Shown one piece after another: positions 1 to 8,107 of a stretch of DNA of 17,262 nucleotides. Within the stretch, counting starts at the first letter, position 1, and every line of letters starts with the position of its first letter. The stretch is taken from NCBI GenBank assembly GCA_043767805.1, contig JAYUGC010000023.1, forward strand, positions 1-17,262, written 5' to 3'. This DNA comes from Pseudomonadota bacterium. Lineage in GTDB: Bacteria; Bdellovibrionota; FAC87; UBA2466. The notes beneath the pieces are model-generated. The model searched no databases. It saw only the letters and a list, made by a program, of their open reading frames with translations, and had not been told where the DNA came from. A program made the translations under genes and the position numbers.

Positions 1-439
1 GCCACAGCGCGGAGGTAAGCTTCGAGGCCGCGTCTTTCAAACCGGCATCTTCCGGCACTTTACCGAGCGTGAGTTGCCCGAAGTACCGGCGCTCGGAAGC
101 GTCCGTTTTCGCCTCGCGGTCCACGAGCTCGGAGCAGTAAGCGGAACCAAGCGCGATGGAAGCGGTCACCACCGGTTGAGTCAGCTGATCGGGCGCATTG
201 TTCGCCGGTAGCCGGTCTTTGAGCTCGTTGAACGCAACGTCCAACGGTAGGCTGTAAGGATCGAGGCCCGTCGCCGAAGCCCATGCCGCCCGCATCTGCC
301 GAAAGTTCATCAGCCCTTCGGTCCCTCCCAACAAAGCTGTTCCCGTCTGAATCTGGGTCGCAAGTTTTTCTCCGCTACATTGAAGGAGAACCAATAGGGC
401 CGCCCCGACGAGCGACAGGCGCCACGGAGATCGTTTCAT
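1..439 (-). CDS. Putative lipoprotein, partner of the DUF1585-like protein (runs off the window start, C-terminus missing)
   Basis: Not in the ORF track. ATG at 439 overlaps the TGA of the upstream gene (ATGA). Manual translation: MKRSPWRLSLVGAALLVLLQ-C-SGEKLATQIQ...GLMNFRQMRAAWASATGLDP...RLPANN...ALGSAYCSELVDRE..., open to position 1. Basic N-terminus, hydrophobic stretch and Cys21 resemble a lipobox. Confidence 0.75.
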   Translation of the reverse strand, partial: MKRSPWRLSLVGAALLVLLQCSGEKLATQIQTGTALLGGTEGLMNFRQMRAAWASATGLDPYSLPLDVAFNELKDRLPANNAPDQLTQPVVTASIALGSAYCSELVDREAKTDASERRYFGQLTLGKVPEDAGLKDAASKLTSALW

Positions 440-1617
440 GGGTTCCTCTTACTGCCCAGGCACTGGGGCAAAACCGCGGTTTTCTCGAAGAGCCGCCGCA
501 TCCGGTACCCATCGGCCTCAAAGCCATCCGCCAAAGTGGCGAGACTGCCGTCGTCCTCGGCGGTAGGCGGCCGCAAGCAAACTTGAGTAAAGACTCGCTT
601 GGCTTGGCAGCGCGAAAAGGCCTTGGTCTCGGAGAGCATTTTCCCCAGCTCGTGTATCCCGTGCCCGCTCGTGGGGCCTCGCCAACCAAGATCCGCGTTC
701 TTGCCCGTCGTCCAAAGATTGATCCAGCTATCGTCGATGGTGACGTAGCCCTGAGCAAATACCTCGCCGTTCTTGTTCATGCGTTTGACGACGCGCTCGT
801 CTTTCACGGTGGTGGGTAGCAGAAAGAAGGCTCCGGTGTCCGAGATCAAGAAGCGATCGTCTGAACGATAAAACGCATAGGCTCCGGCCAAGGCGTCCAT
901 GCCCGCGTGACACCGCCGGCAAGTTTGGGCGTAGGTGCCGGGTAAACCGCCGGGCGCCCGGTCGACATCGCGGTGCACGCGAAAGTCGGGAACCGTTCCA
1001 TCCGCAAGCTCGTCGATGGAGCGGCAAAGAAACTCACGAAAGGCGAACGCAATGGCGCGCCGGTTGGTGCCGTCGTTAAGATGCTGGGATCCCCAGCCGT
1101 CGGAGGTGAGCACCCCCGCGGCTTCCGATCGATTCAAGACCTGAGGGGTTCTTCGCCGTAAGACGAGAGACGGATTGAGCTTCTCGACCTCGGCATAATA
1201 ACGAGGCCCGTACTCGGGCGTCATCTTGTTTCCCACGACTGGGGGACCCAAGTAAGTGAAGTCGTCGAAGAGAATTTCGCGAAAATCCCGATCGTCTCTG
1301 ACCGTGCCCAAAATCATGGCTTCGAAATCCGAGAAATCGCCCTGCGCGTCTTCCGCCCGCCGCCCGAGTGGCGCCGCCCAATGGCGTACGGTGGTGTTGA
1401 TGAAGCCTTCATCTTCGGTGGCGATACGCGCGGCCTTGTCCCATTCGCCGAGTTCGATCCAGCGCTCCATCAGAGGGCGGCGAGGATCAGTGAGCGAAAG
1501 GGGCACACCCGACAGTCGATGAAAAAGCCGCGATGCCTGCTCTTGGGACGCGCTCGGAGCGGCCGAGGCAGAGACCGCCCAAAGTAGAAGAGACACGGCC
1601 AATATCGCTTTAGTCAC
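436..1617 (-). CDS. Secreted DUF1585/DUF1588 (PSD)-like protein with one CxxCH heme c motif
   Basis: GTG start overlapping the upstream stop (GTGA), GGAG RBS, Sec signal peptide (ASA-A). Motifs RLFHRLSG, AAGVLTS, GTNRR, REFLC, RDVDRAPGG, CRRCHAGMD (907-921) and C-terminal FSRCQAKRVFTQVCLRPP...YRMRRLF. Confidence 0.75.
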   Translation of the reverse strand: MTKAILAVSLLLWAVSASAAPSASQEQASRLFHRLSGVPLSLTDPRRPLMERWIELGEWDKAARIATEDEGFINTTVRHWAAPLGRRAEDAQGDFSDFEAMILGTVRDDRDFREILFDDFTYLGPPVVGNKMTPEYGPRYYAEVEKLNPSLVLRRRTPQVLNRSEAAGVLTSDGWGSQHLNDGTNRRAIAFAFREFLCRSIDELADGTVPDFRVHRDVDRAPGGLPGTYAQTCRRCHAGMDALAGAYAFYRSDDRFLISDTGAFFLLPTTVKDERVVKRMNKNGEVFAQGYVTIDDSWINLWTTGKNADLGWRGPTSGHGIHELGKMLSETKAFSRCQAKRVFTQVCLRPPTAEDDGSLATLADGFEADGYRMRRLFEKTAVLPQCLGSKRNP

Positions 1618-2903
1618 TTAACCACTCCTTGATTCGGCCCGAGGAAAGCTCCCTTGGCGTCAAAGCGCACGAGTACGAGGCCTGCCTGGGGACGGCCCAC
1701 CGTCGCTTGCGCGATCCAGTCCGTGCCGTCCGCGACGAGAGATAGGGGAGAGCCGAAAGTTTTTCCCGGAAAGTCCTTCGCCGCGATTCCCGCTTTACCA
1801 AACGCGGGATCGAGACTTCCGTCCGCGGCGAACTTGAAAAACATCAGACTATTTTGGTTGTCCGCGAAGTAACCCCCCATGCCGACAAAGCCACCTCCGT
1901 CGGCGGGCTGAAGCGCTTTCAGCAAGTTCAGTTCATCTTTCTCATCCCGGGATGCCACGACACCCGCTTTCCCGAAAGTGGCATCGAGGCCGCCAAGCTC
2001 ATTTACCCGCGCTATGAAAGTTCTCTCCTTCGAGTTAGCCGTCTCCGTGTACTGGCCGAGAGTCACGTAGCCGCCGGAAGCCGCCGGAGCGACATCCAAC
2101 CAGCGTTCCGTCGGTTGAGGGGTGAAGTCATACTCAATGAGGCCCCCTTTCCCGTACGTGGGGTCGAGCTTACCATCCAAAAAGAAGCGCGTGCTGAAAA
2201 GCCCGCCGGTAAAAGTGGACCCAAAGATTACGAGCGTCCCCTTGGGGCCTGGAAAAACGAATTGAGAGTTGGCGCCCTTGGGAATCGGAAGGTCGACGGC
2301 GCCGTTATGACCGAAGAAGGGATCGATTCCGCCATCGGCATTGAGCTTTATGAGCAGATGCCTGACCACCGTTTGGTCGGTGCTCGCGCCGATGAGGAGC
2401 ATTTCGTCGCCGGGCAGCGGAATAATTTCGGTAGGCTGATCTTCGGTCCCAAAATCGAAATCGATCCGAACCTCGCCACCCTGGCCGAAACTCTTGTCGG
2501 AGATTCCCTTCGCCGAAGTGCGGTAGAGCATGATATCGAAATCTTCCGTCATCCCCGCCCGCTTCACCCCCAGAAAAACCAGTTTCCCTGAGAGCAGGGC
2601 TCGAGGCCGCACGTAAATGCTTTGGCCTTTCAGCGGGAGCGAGATTTGTCCCGCGGTCCCAAACGACATGTCTCTCACCCCATCCAAACCATAGCGAAGG
2701 ACGTCGAACGTGCCAGGGTAGAGGAAAAGAAATTTTGACGTCGTGGCGGCAAGGATAAGCCCATCGCCCGCGCGAAGTAGCGGCGTGCCGAACGCGGCGG
2801 ACTTAGACCAATTAAACTCGACGGCTCCCTGGTCTTTGAAGCCCGCGCCGAGCGCGGAGACGGAAAAAAGGAGCGAGACTAGGAGTCCGATGAAGTAAAT
2901 CAA
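1614..2903 (-). CDS. Secreted delta-60-repeat-like beta-propeller protein
   Basis: TTG start preceded by GGAGG, then a signal peptide. Six repeats of the type R-x-x-x-DG-x-LD-x-x-FG-x-x-G: DGVRDMSFGTAG, KGISDKSFGQGG, DGGIDPFFGHNG, DGKLDPTYGKGG, LGGLDATFGKAG, DGSLDPAFGKAG. Confidence 0.8.
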   Translation of the reverse strand: MIYFIGLLVSLLFSVSALGAGFKDQGAVEFNWSKSAAFGTPLLRAGDGLILAATTSKFLFLYPGTFDVLRYGLDGVRDMSFGTAGQISLPLKGQSIYVRPRALLSGKLVFLGVKRAGMTEDFDIMLYRTSAKGISDKSFGQGGEVRIDFDFGTEDQPTEIIPLPGDEMLLIGASTDQTVVRHLLIKLNADGGIDPFFGHNGAVDLPIPKGANSQFVFPGPKGTLVIFGSTFTGGLFSTRFFLDGKLDPTYGKGGLIEYDFTPQPTERWLDVAPAASGGYVTLGQYTETANSKERTFIARVNELGGLDATFGKAGVVASRDEKDELNLLKALQPADGGGFVGMGGYFADNQNSLMFFKFAADGSLDPAFGKAGIAAKDFPGKTFGSPLSLVADGTDWIAQATVGRPQAGLVLVRFDAKGAFLGPNQGVVK

Positions 2904-3043
2904 GATGCCTCCGACGACGAGGTAACCAGGCTAACACGGGACGAGAGAGCCGAGGCACTCGCGTCGAGTCATGCTTTTATGAAGAAAAAGCTTGGTTGCA
3001 AAGAGGACGCACAGCCAGCGATAAACGTGATGTTTAAGATACC

Positions 3044-4096
3044 TTAAGCGGATCGCGCGAGGACGATTTTGATCCGTTTTCCGCCGAGCCGAAGACTCAG
3101 CGCGCCAACTCCCCAGCAGGCGATCGCCATCAAGCCGGGATAGAGCACCAAGCCGGCCCATGGAGAGAGCCGAGGGCTCACCCACTCTCCTAAGCGTTCG
3201 GCGAGGGAAACGTGAAAGAGATAAATCCAGAGCACGCCTTTTGAAAAACTCTGCACTAGACCGTATTTCGAAAAAGTGAGCCGCGCCGCGGCCCATTCAC
3301 ATCCCGCCATCAAGACGCAGAAAAATCCGGCGAGTCCCACGACGAATCCGAGAGACGGTTGAAAGATGGTGGCTCCCCAGAGATGCCCTTCATCGAGGTC
3401 GATGTGGAAGTAGCCGAGAGAGAGCGTCGCGACGACCGTCCCAAGTCCCACTAGACCCAGCACGGTGGCAAACCAGGGGGGATCGTCGAGCCGAAGCCGT
3501 AGGTCAGCGATGAAAAACCCGAAGACGACGATGAAGAACCACGGGAAAAACGGCCAATAACCGTCCGCCAGCCGGCTCCCCACTAAAAAAATGGAGAGAA
3601 GCGTGTCTTTCCCCGCAAATAAGGTCCGGAGCCACGGCGTGAGAAGCAGAGTTACCGCCCCAAGTCCGTAAACCAAATAGAGGTTGGTGTACTTGAGTAA
3701 CAAGGTGATGAGCAAAAAGGAGAAGCCAACGAATTGTAAAACGTCCCACTGAAACGTTTCGCCCGCACCCCAAGCGAGAAAATTCATGAGGAAACCGAGC
3801 AGCGTGATGGCGATGCTCACTTTCAAGATGGTGACGAAGGAGTACCCTTCGATCTTCAAGCCGGACCAGTACCGCACGAAATGAAGCCGAAGATTGGCGC
3901 CCGCCGTGGCGGGAAGGCTCATGGGGAAAATACCCAGCAGAGCAGCGCTAGCCAGATAGGGAACGATCGGGTTCGCCATGTTGATCTGTTCGTCACCGTT
4001 CGCAACCAAAGCGAAGGCCGAGTGGATGAAGACCATCATGAGGACGCAGAGAAATTTCGCGACGTCCAGGGCTGGCCATTCGTGGGAGGCTTTCAT
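3044..4096 (-). CDS. DUF1624 / heparan-alpha-glucosaminide N-acetyltransferase-like multi-pass membrane acyltransferase
   Basis: GAGG RBS. N-terminal ALDVAKFLCVLMMVFIH, WDVLQFVG, YWPFFPWFFIVVFG and LWIYLFH motifs. About 9-10 hydrophobic segments. Confidence 0.75.
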   Translation of the reverse strand: MKASHEWPALDVAKFLCVLMMVFIHSAFALVANGDEQINMANPIVPYLASAALLGIFPMSLPATAGANLRLHFVRYWSGLKIEGYSFVTILKVSIAITLLGFLMNFLAWGAGETFQWDVLQFVGFSFLLITLLLKYTNLYLVYGLGAVTLLLTPWLRTLFAGKDTLLSIFLVGSRLADGYWPFFPWFFIVVFGFFIADLRLRLDDPPWFATVLGLVGLGTVVATLSLGYFHIDLDEGHLWGATIFQPSLGFVVGLAGFFCVLMAGCEWAAARLTFSKYGLVQSFSKGVLWIYLFHVSLAERLGEWVSPRLSPWAGLVLYPGLMAIACWGVGALSLRLGGKRIKIVLARSA

Positions 4097-4308
4097 AGGG
4101 AAGACCTCTATTCTAACGGACGCAAGTCAAACGCGCTAATACCTGACACCCAAAGTCAGTCCGTGTTTCATCTTTAGCCCCTCTCAAAAGGCGAGCGATG
4201 TTTTTTGTCATTAGCGTAGCCCGGAGAGAGCCGGGCAAGACAAACCTTCAGGGGTCCAAGCTGACGCAAAGCATGGTAATTGAGGCCATTTGTGGGTATA
4301 CCTTGGCG

Positions 4309-5157
4309 ATGACCCGTTCCCTCATTGGTGGTTTGCTCGCTCTTGCCTTGGCCTTGCCTCTTCCGGCCCGAGCTTCAGTCACGGAAAAGCACGAGCTGAT
4401 CCCTTTTCGATCCGGGGAGTACTACGCGCTACCGGCCCTGGCTGCCGCCAATCTTTTTCTCATTTTCGACGTCTCTCCCTCGCATTCCCATTGGAGCGGA
4501 GGGGTGCTATTCGACGGCCCCATCCGGGACGCCCTCAGAGTGAAGACCCGGTCCGAGAGAGATGGGGTCGCCCTCGCGGGGGATCTCATGCTCTACACGC
4601 TGATTGCGTATCCAGGGGTGGTCGATGCCGGGCTCGACGCCGCTTGGTCGAAGCACGACATGAGAATAGGCACCCAGCTCTTTCTCATCAACATGCAGGC
4701 CTATCTGCTTTCGGGTGTCGCCTCCTTCGTGGTGAAGAAATTGACCGCGAGACAGCGGCCATTCGAGCAAGAGTGCAACGGCGATCCCAATTACGACATC
4801 GGCTGCCACCAGAAGGATAGCCGTCTCAGCTTTTATAGCGGGCACGCCGCCTTTTCCTTCACGGCGGCGGGACTCATTTGCGCCCATCACGAAAATCTCG
4901 AGCTTTGGGGGCAGATGACGCCTTGTTATGTTTCCATCGGAGCCGCGGCCGCGGTCGGCCTCACCCGCATTATCGCGGACCGCCACTACGCGACCGATGT
5001 GTTAGTCGGTAGCCTCGTCGGCTGGCTCTCGGGCTATACGATTTCACGCCTCTATCATTACAAAGAGGAAAGCGCCGCCGGTAAAGTGCAGATGTCCATT
5101 GTTCCCGTCGTGTACCCCGAAGGGCTCGGCGTGAACTTCGCCTTCGCCGGGTTTTAA
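4309..5157 (+). CDS. PAP2 family phosphatase (membrane-associated, signal peptide)
   Basis: All three PAP2 motifs are present: KKLTARQRP, SFYSGH, TRIIADRHYATDV. Preferred start is ATG 4309 (MTRSLIGGLLALALALPLPARA, signal-like) rather than 4198. Confidence 0.88.
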   Translation: MTRSLIGGLLALALALPLPARASVTEKHELIPFRSGEYYALPALAAANLFLIFDVSPSHSHWSGGVLFDGPIRDALRVKTRSERDGVALAGDLMLYTLIAYPGVVDAGLDAAWSKHDMRIGTQLFLINMQAYLLSGVASFVVKKLTARQRPFEQECNGDPNYDIGCHQKDSRLSFYSGHAAFSFTAAGLICAHHENLELWGQMTPCYVSIGAAAAVGLTRIIADRHYATDVLVGSLVGWLSGYTISRLYHYKEESAAGKVQMSIVPVVYPEGLGVNFAFAGF

Positions 5158-6176
5158 GTCTTAGGAAAGAACGCGAGACGGCGGTGGCGCTCCAGAAAAT
5201 ACGCCAGAGCCTGCCCTGCCCCGTCTCTAAGTAAAAACCGTCCAGCGAAAGTCCAAAGACGCGAGCGAGGGACCAGAGGAAAAAGACCTCGGCTCAGTCG
5301 ACGCAAGAGCGCGCGCCGGAGACCACTCACGCGTTCTTCGAGCTCGGTCAAAACGAAAGCGGGAACTTCGGCCCGGCTTAGAGTCAGCACGAACCAGGCC
5401 GCCGAGGAAAAACGAAAGCGTTCGGCCCGGGCGAGGAAACGAGACCAATCAATCGTCTCTTTTTGTATCAGTTGGCGAACGTCCAGAAGCCAAAGCGGCG
5501 ATTCGACGATGTGTTGAACTCCGGCGTGACGAATGAGGTAACTCAGATTGTCGGTCGCTTCCAGTACACGCACGGGGCAATCCAGGTCGGGAAAGACGAC
5601 GCTCTCGCTACGGCGCCAGTAGCCCTCGACTTCGGAAGCCGTCTCTCCGGCCAAAAGTCTCGCGTGCACTTCCACCACGGGATTTCCGTCGCGCGAGAGC
5701 TCGGTCCGAAAACGGCCGGGATAATCCCGGCCCACGGCCCGAAAGCCCTGGGCTATAAAGAGCGAGAGCGTCCGCGCGAAATCAGCGTCCCGCACCAGGA
5801 GATCGATGTCGGTCATGGGCCGTCTCAAACGTTCGGAGTAGTAGCGGCGGCCCAGCTCGGCACCTTTGAGGAGCAAAACGTCGACGCGTTCGCGCTTCAA
5901 TATCCCCAGAGCGAGCGAAAGCTCGTGATCGAGAAGCGCCTGCACCATGCGGCCTCGCCGAAGCTCTGATTCAAATTTTTCCTGGGTGCTCGCCGGCAGC
6001 TCGCCATTCCACGAACAGCTATCCAAGGTCAGAAGAAAGGGAAGCGTCGCGTGAAGGGAGCGGGAATAATCCAAGGCGGCGGCCCAACGGTTCGCGTCCG
6101 CGACAAAGCCGGGTTTCGCCGGAACTTTGCCCTCGATCAAAGCGAGAACGACCATTGAAAGCTGTCGCGCCGTCAA
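5154..6176 (-). CDS. Nucleotidyltransferase family protein (NTP_transf_5-like)
   Basis: LLLKGAEL...YY...RRPMTDIDLLV, VEVH and YLIRHA...WLLD motifs. Likely TTG start at 6176 overlapping the peptidase stop (TTGA), with GAGG upstream. Confidence 0.85.
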   Translation of the reverse strand: MTARQLSMVVLALIEGKVPAKPGFVADANRWAAALDYSRSLHATLPFLLTLDSCSWNGELPASTQEKFESELRRGRMVQALLDHELSLALGILKRERVDVLLLKGAELGRRYYSERLRRPMTDIDLLVRDADFARTLSLFIAQGFRAVGRDYPGRFRTELSRDGNPVVEVHARLLAGETASEVEGYWRRSESVVFPDLDCPVRVLEATDNLSYLIRHAGVQHIVESPLWLLDVRQLIQKETIDWSRFLARAERFRFSSAAWFVLTLSRAEVPAFVLTELEERVSGLRRALLRRLSRGLFPLVPRSRLWTFAGRFLLRDGAGQALAYFLERHRRLAFFPKT

Positions 6177-6616
6177 AGCCAGCGCCTCAACCACGATAGG
6201 GCTCGCGTGGCCCTTCGCCAAAAGGGAGCGCCGAATTTTCCTGAGCGAAGACTTAAAAAGGAAACGCGCGCAATGAGCCTATCGAGAGCGCCTCGCGAGA
6301 AAGGACGAGCGGCCCCGCCACCGGGCGATTTCAGAGAGACCACCTTGCCCCAGATTTGCTTGGTTTCAAACGACTCGGAGAGAAACCCGGAATCGCCTTT
6401 CACAATCCAATGAGGTCCCTCTGCAGCGAGCAGCCGATGCAAAATCCAATCGCCGTGCCCGTCGCGGCAAAGCACGAGATCTCCCGCCTCCGCTTTGGCG
6501 TCGGGGGAAGCAAGCCACTCCACGCCGACGAGACTTCCGGGGCGAAGAAAAGGGCACATACTCTCGCCTTCCACCCGAAGCCACGGAGCGGAATCAGGAC
6601 TTGAGCTTGGCGGCAT
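6173..6616 (-). CDS. S24/S26 family peptidase (soluble signal-peptidase-like), candidate leader peptidase
   Basis: LRVEGESMCPFLRPG (catalytic Ser), GDLVL, ILHRL, IVKGD and IWGKV motifs. No N-terminal TM anchor. Start probably ATG 6616; the 6670 extension overlaps the precursor core. Confidence 0.82.
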   Translation of the reverse strand: MPPSSSPDSAPWLRVEGESMCPFLRPGSLVGVEWLASPDAKAEAGDLVLCRDGHGDWILHRLLAAEGPHWIVKGDSGFLSESFETKQIWGKVVSLKSPGGGAARPFSRGALDRLIARVSFLSLRSGKFGAPFWRRATRALSWLRRWL

Positions 6617-6764
6617 TACAGGCGGGCACTCCACCGGTGGAAACCTTTCTGGAAGCGGTGGTCGTGCCATTGCACAAGGCCGCCACTGCGGTCAGAGGTT
6701 CCGTTTTTACGACGGGCTTTCGGTACGGCTTCTTTTCCGTATCGACTTTTTTCTCTTCAGACAT
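6594..6764 (-). CDS. 56-aa RiPP-like precursor peptide: MSEEKKVDTEKKPYRKPVVKTEPLTAVAALCNGTTTASRKVSTGGVPACNAAKLKS
   Basis: Read manually; absent from the ORF track. ATG at 6764 overlaps the kinase end, GGAGA lies upstream, TGA at 6594-6596. The leader has the YxxP RRE-binding motif (KPYRKPVV), the core has two Cys, and it lies between maturase genes. Confidence 0.85.
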   Translation of the reverse strand: MSEEKKVDTEKKPYRKPVVKTEPLTAVAALCNGTTTASRKVSTGGVPACNAAKLKS

Positions 6765-7704
6765 GGTGACTTCTTTCTCCCTGAATTAAGGGCCAAAATC
6801 CGGAATCCATGCGGAAATGAAGGCGGGAGATTCCTGCCGGCGCCGAGGCAAAATGGATCGCCAAATCGAAACGCGTTTCGATGAAACTGTCGAAACCGGC
6901 CATCATGGTGCTCGCCAGTAAAGATCGCACCCCTTCGGCAACGCTCAAGGACTCCACTTCGTGGGCGGCGGACTGAGAGAGCGAATAAAGTCCCGCGAGA
7001 GGCACTTTCGCGGGAACCGGCGCTTCCTTCGTCCACGCGGAGCCGAGAGGTGCAGCGTGAAGCCAGTATCCGCTTTCCGTTTTCTGAATGATGGCGGCGT
7101 CGTCACCTAAAATCACGGCCAGGGGATCGGCTTCGGAAATGAGGCGTACCGTCGTCGATTTTCCCGCCCCGCTTTGCCCGAAGAAAAGATAACCTCGGCC
7201 CGCCCGTTGCACGCTAGCGGCGTGAACGAGAAAAGCGGAGGTTTCCAGTAAAAGATCGGGCAGCGTCCAGCGGAGCAGATTCAAGATCGAGTCCGAAAGC
7301 TCTTCGGGATTCACGCCACCGACCACGGAAAGCAATCGCTCACCGGGGATGGCGGGAAACCGGCGAGCCGCAAAGTCTCTTTGTACCACCCGATCGCCCC
7401 GGCAATCGAACTCCGGATCCGCGTCTTCCCAAAGATCCGCCGCTCCGCCCTCTTTTGGCTCGACGAAAAGAACCGCTTGGGCCGGCAAATCGGAAAGGTA
7501 CTGCCGGAAGTACCGCTTAATTTCCGTCGCTAACGCGGAGGAGCTGGTAACGAAAGCCAGAGTAAGTCCGGCGAGCTCGATTCCGATCCACTCTCCCTGC
7601 CCACCCACCTCGGGAAGCGAGCGAGCTGCGAGCCAATCAAAAAGAAAAACCCGGCGCGGGCTCGTCGGCACTTGGGAAGAGAGATGAGAAGTGGAGTGAA
7701 GCAA
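6757..7704 (-). CDS. HPr-kinase-related P-loop kinase (ScmC-like / peptide kinase)
   Basis: LVHAASV, Walker A GQSGAGKSTT, ILGDD acidic pair and PLAGLYSL. Start uncertain (TTG 7704 or GTG 7671). Confidence 0.8.
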   Translation of the reverse strand: MLHSTSHLSSQVPTSPRRVFLFDWLAARSLPEVGGQGEWIGIELAGLTLAFVTSSSALATEIKRYFRQYLSDLPAQAVLFVEPKEGGAADLWEDADPEFDCRGDRVVQRDFAARRFPAIPGERLLSVVGGVNPEELSDSILNLLRWTLPDLLLETSAFLVHAASVQRAGRGYLFFGQSGAGKSTTVRLISEADPLAVILGDDAAIIQKTESGYWLHAAPLGSAWTKEAPVPAKVPLAGLYSLSQSAAHEVESLSVAEGVRSLLASTMMAGFDSFIETRFDLAIHFASAPAGISRLHFRMDSGFWPLIQGERSHHV

Positions 7705-7839
7705 AAAATTCTAAAAAGTTTTGAGCCCGAGTATAGCGCGCGCCCGAGAGCCTGCCTATCGCCTTGCTTGCCATCCCGCGTTGGAACGGGCCCGGCAACT
7801 CGCCTTGCCCTGGCGGATCGCCTTTGTTTTAATGTCCCC
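7705..7839. promoter_or_regulatory. Divergent promoter region of the RiPP-like cassette
   Basis: Minus strand: -10-like hexamers TATACT (7730-7735) and TAGAAT (7708-7713). Plus strand: TTGCCC (7805-7810), 17 bp, TTTAAT (7828-7833, preceded by TGn), ending 6 nt before the PqqD ATG. Confidence 0.45.
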
Positions 7840-8100
7840 ATGACACCAGTGCGAGAGCCCAATCTCCCTTGGAGAGAGGTAGGCGGCCGAGCCATCATTC
7901 TTTCTCCGAAGCACGGCAGCATCCACGAGCTAAACGACGTCGGCACTTTGCTTTGGACGCATGCCGACGGCGAGACCTCGATCGAAAGCCTCGCGGAGAC
8001 ACTCGCCGCTTCCTTCGATATCGAGCCCGCGACCGCCGAGGCGGACGCCCGCGTATTTTTCGCCGAGCTGGAAACTCTCGGCCTCGTCCGCTTGCATTAG
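7840..8100 (+). CDS. Stand-alone PqqD family RiPP recognition element (RRE), 86 aa
   Basis: WREVGGRAIIL...IHELNDVGTLLWTHADGETSIESLAETLAASFDIEPATAEADARVFFAELETLGLV matches the PqqD pattern LN-x-x-G-x-x-(I/L)W...DG...F...L...GL. Start ATG 7840 rather than 7672. Confidence 0.92.
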   Translation: MTPVREPNLPWREVGGRAIILSPKHGSIHELNDVGTLLWTHADGETSIESLAETLAASFDIEPATAEADARVFFAELETLGLVRLH

Positions 8101-8107
8101 GAGCTCC

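Noticed and set aside
3022..3036. Short inverted repeat TAAAC-N5-GTTTA as a terminator or operator
   Set aside because: The stem is short and AT-rich with no U-tract and no second copy found; it could be chance.
6594..6764. Lasso peptide or triceptide precursor
   Set aside because: The YxxP leader is lasso-like, but the core has no Asp/Glu ring acceptor and no lasso cyclase or B2 peptidase is in the window. No aromatic residue is available for cyclophane formation.
6757..7704. Canonical HPr kinase/phosphorylase hprK
   Set aside because: Walker A is GKSTT rather than the typical GKSE, the downstream HprK signature is not evident, and there is no PTS context.
7672..8107. Extended N-termini for PqqD (7672) and the rSAM (7961)
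   Set aside because: The extensions cross the divergent promoter or overlap the RRE gene. Domain boundaries and the AGGAG RBS support 7840 and 8108.
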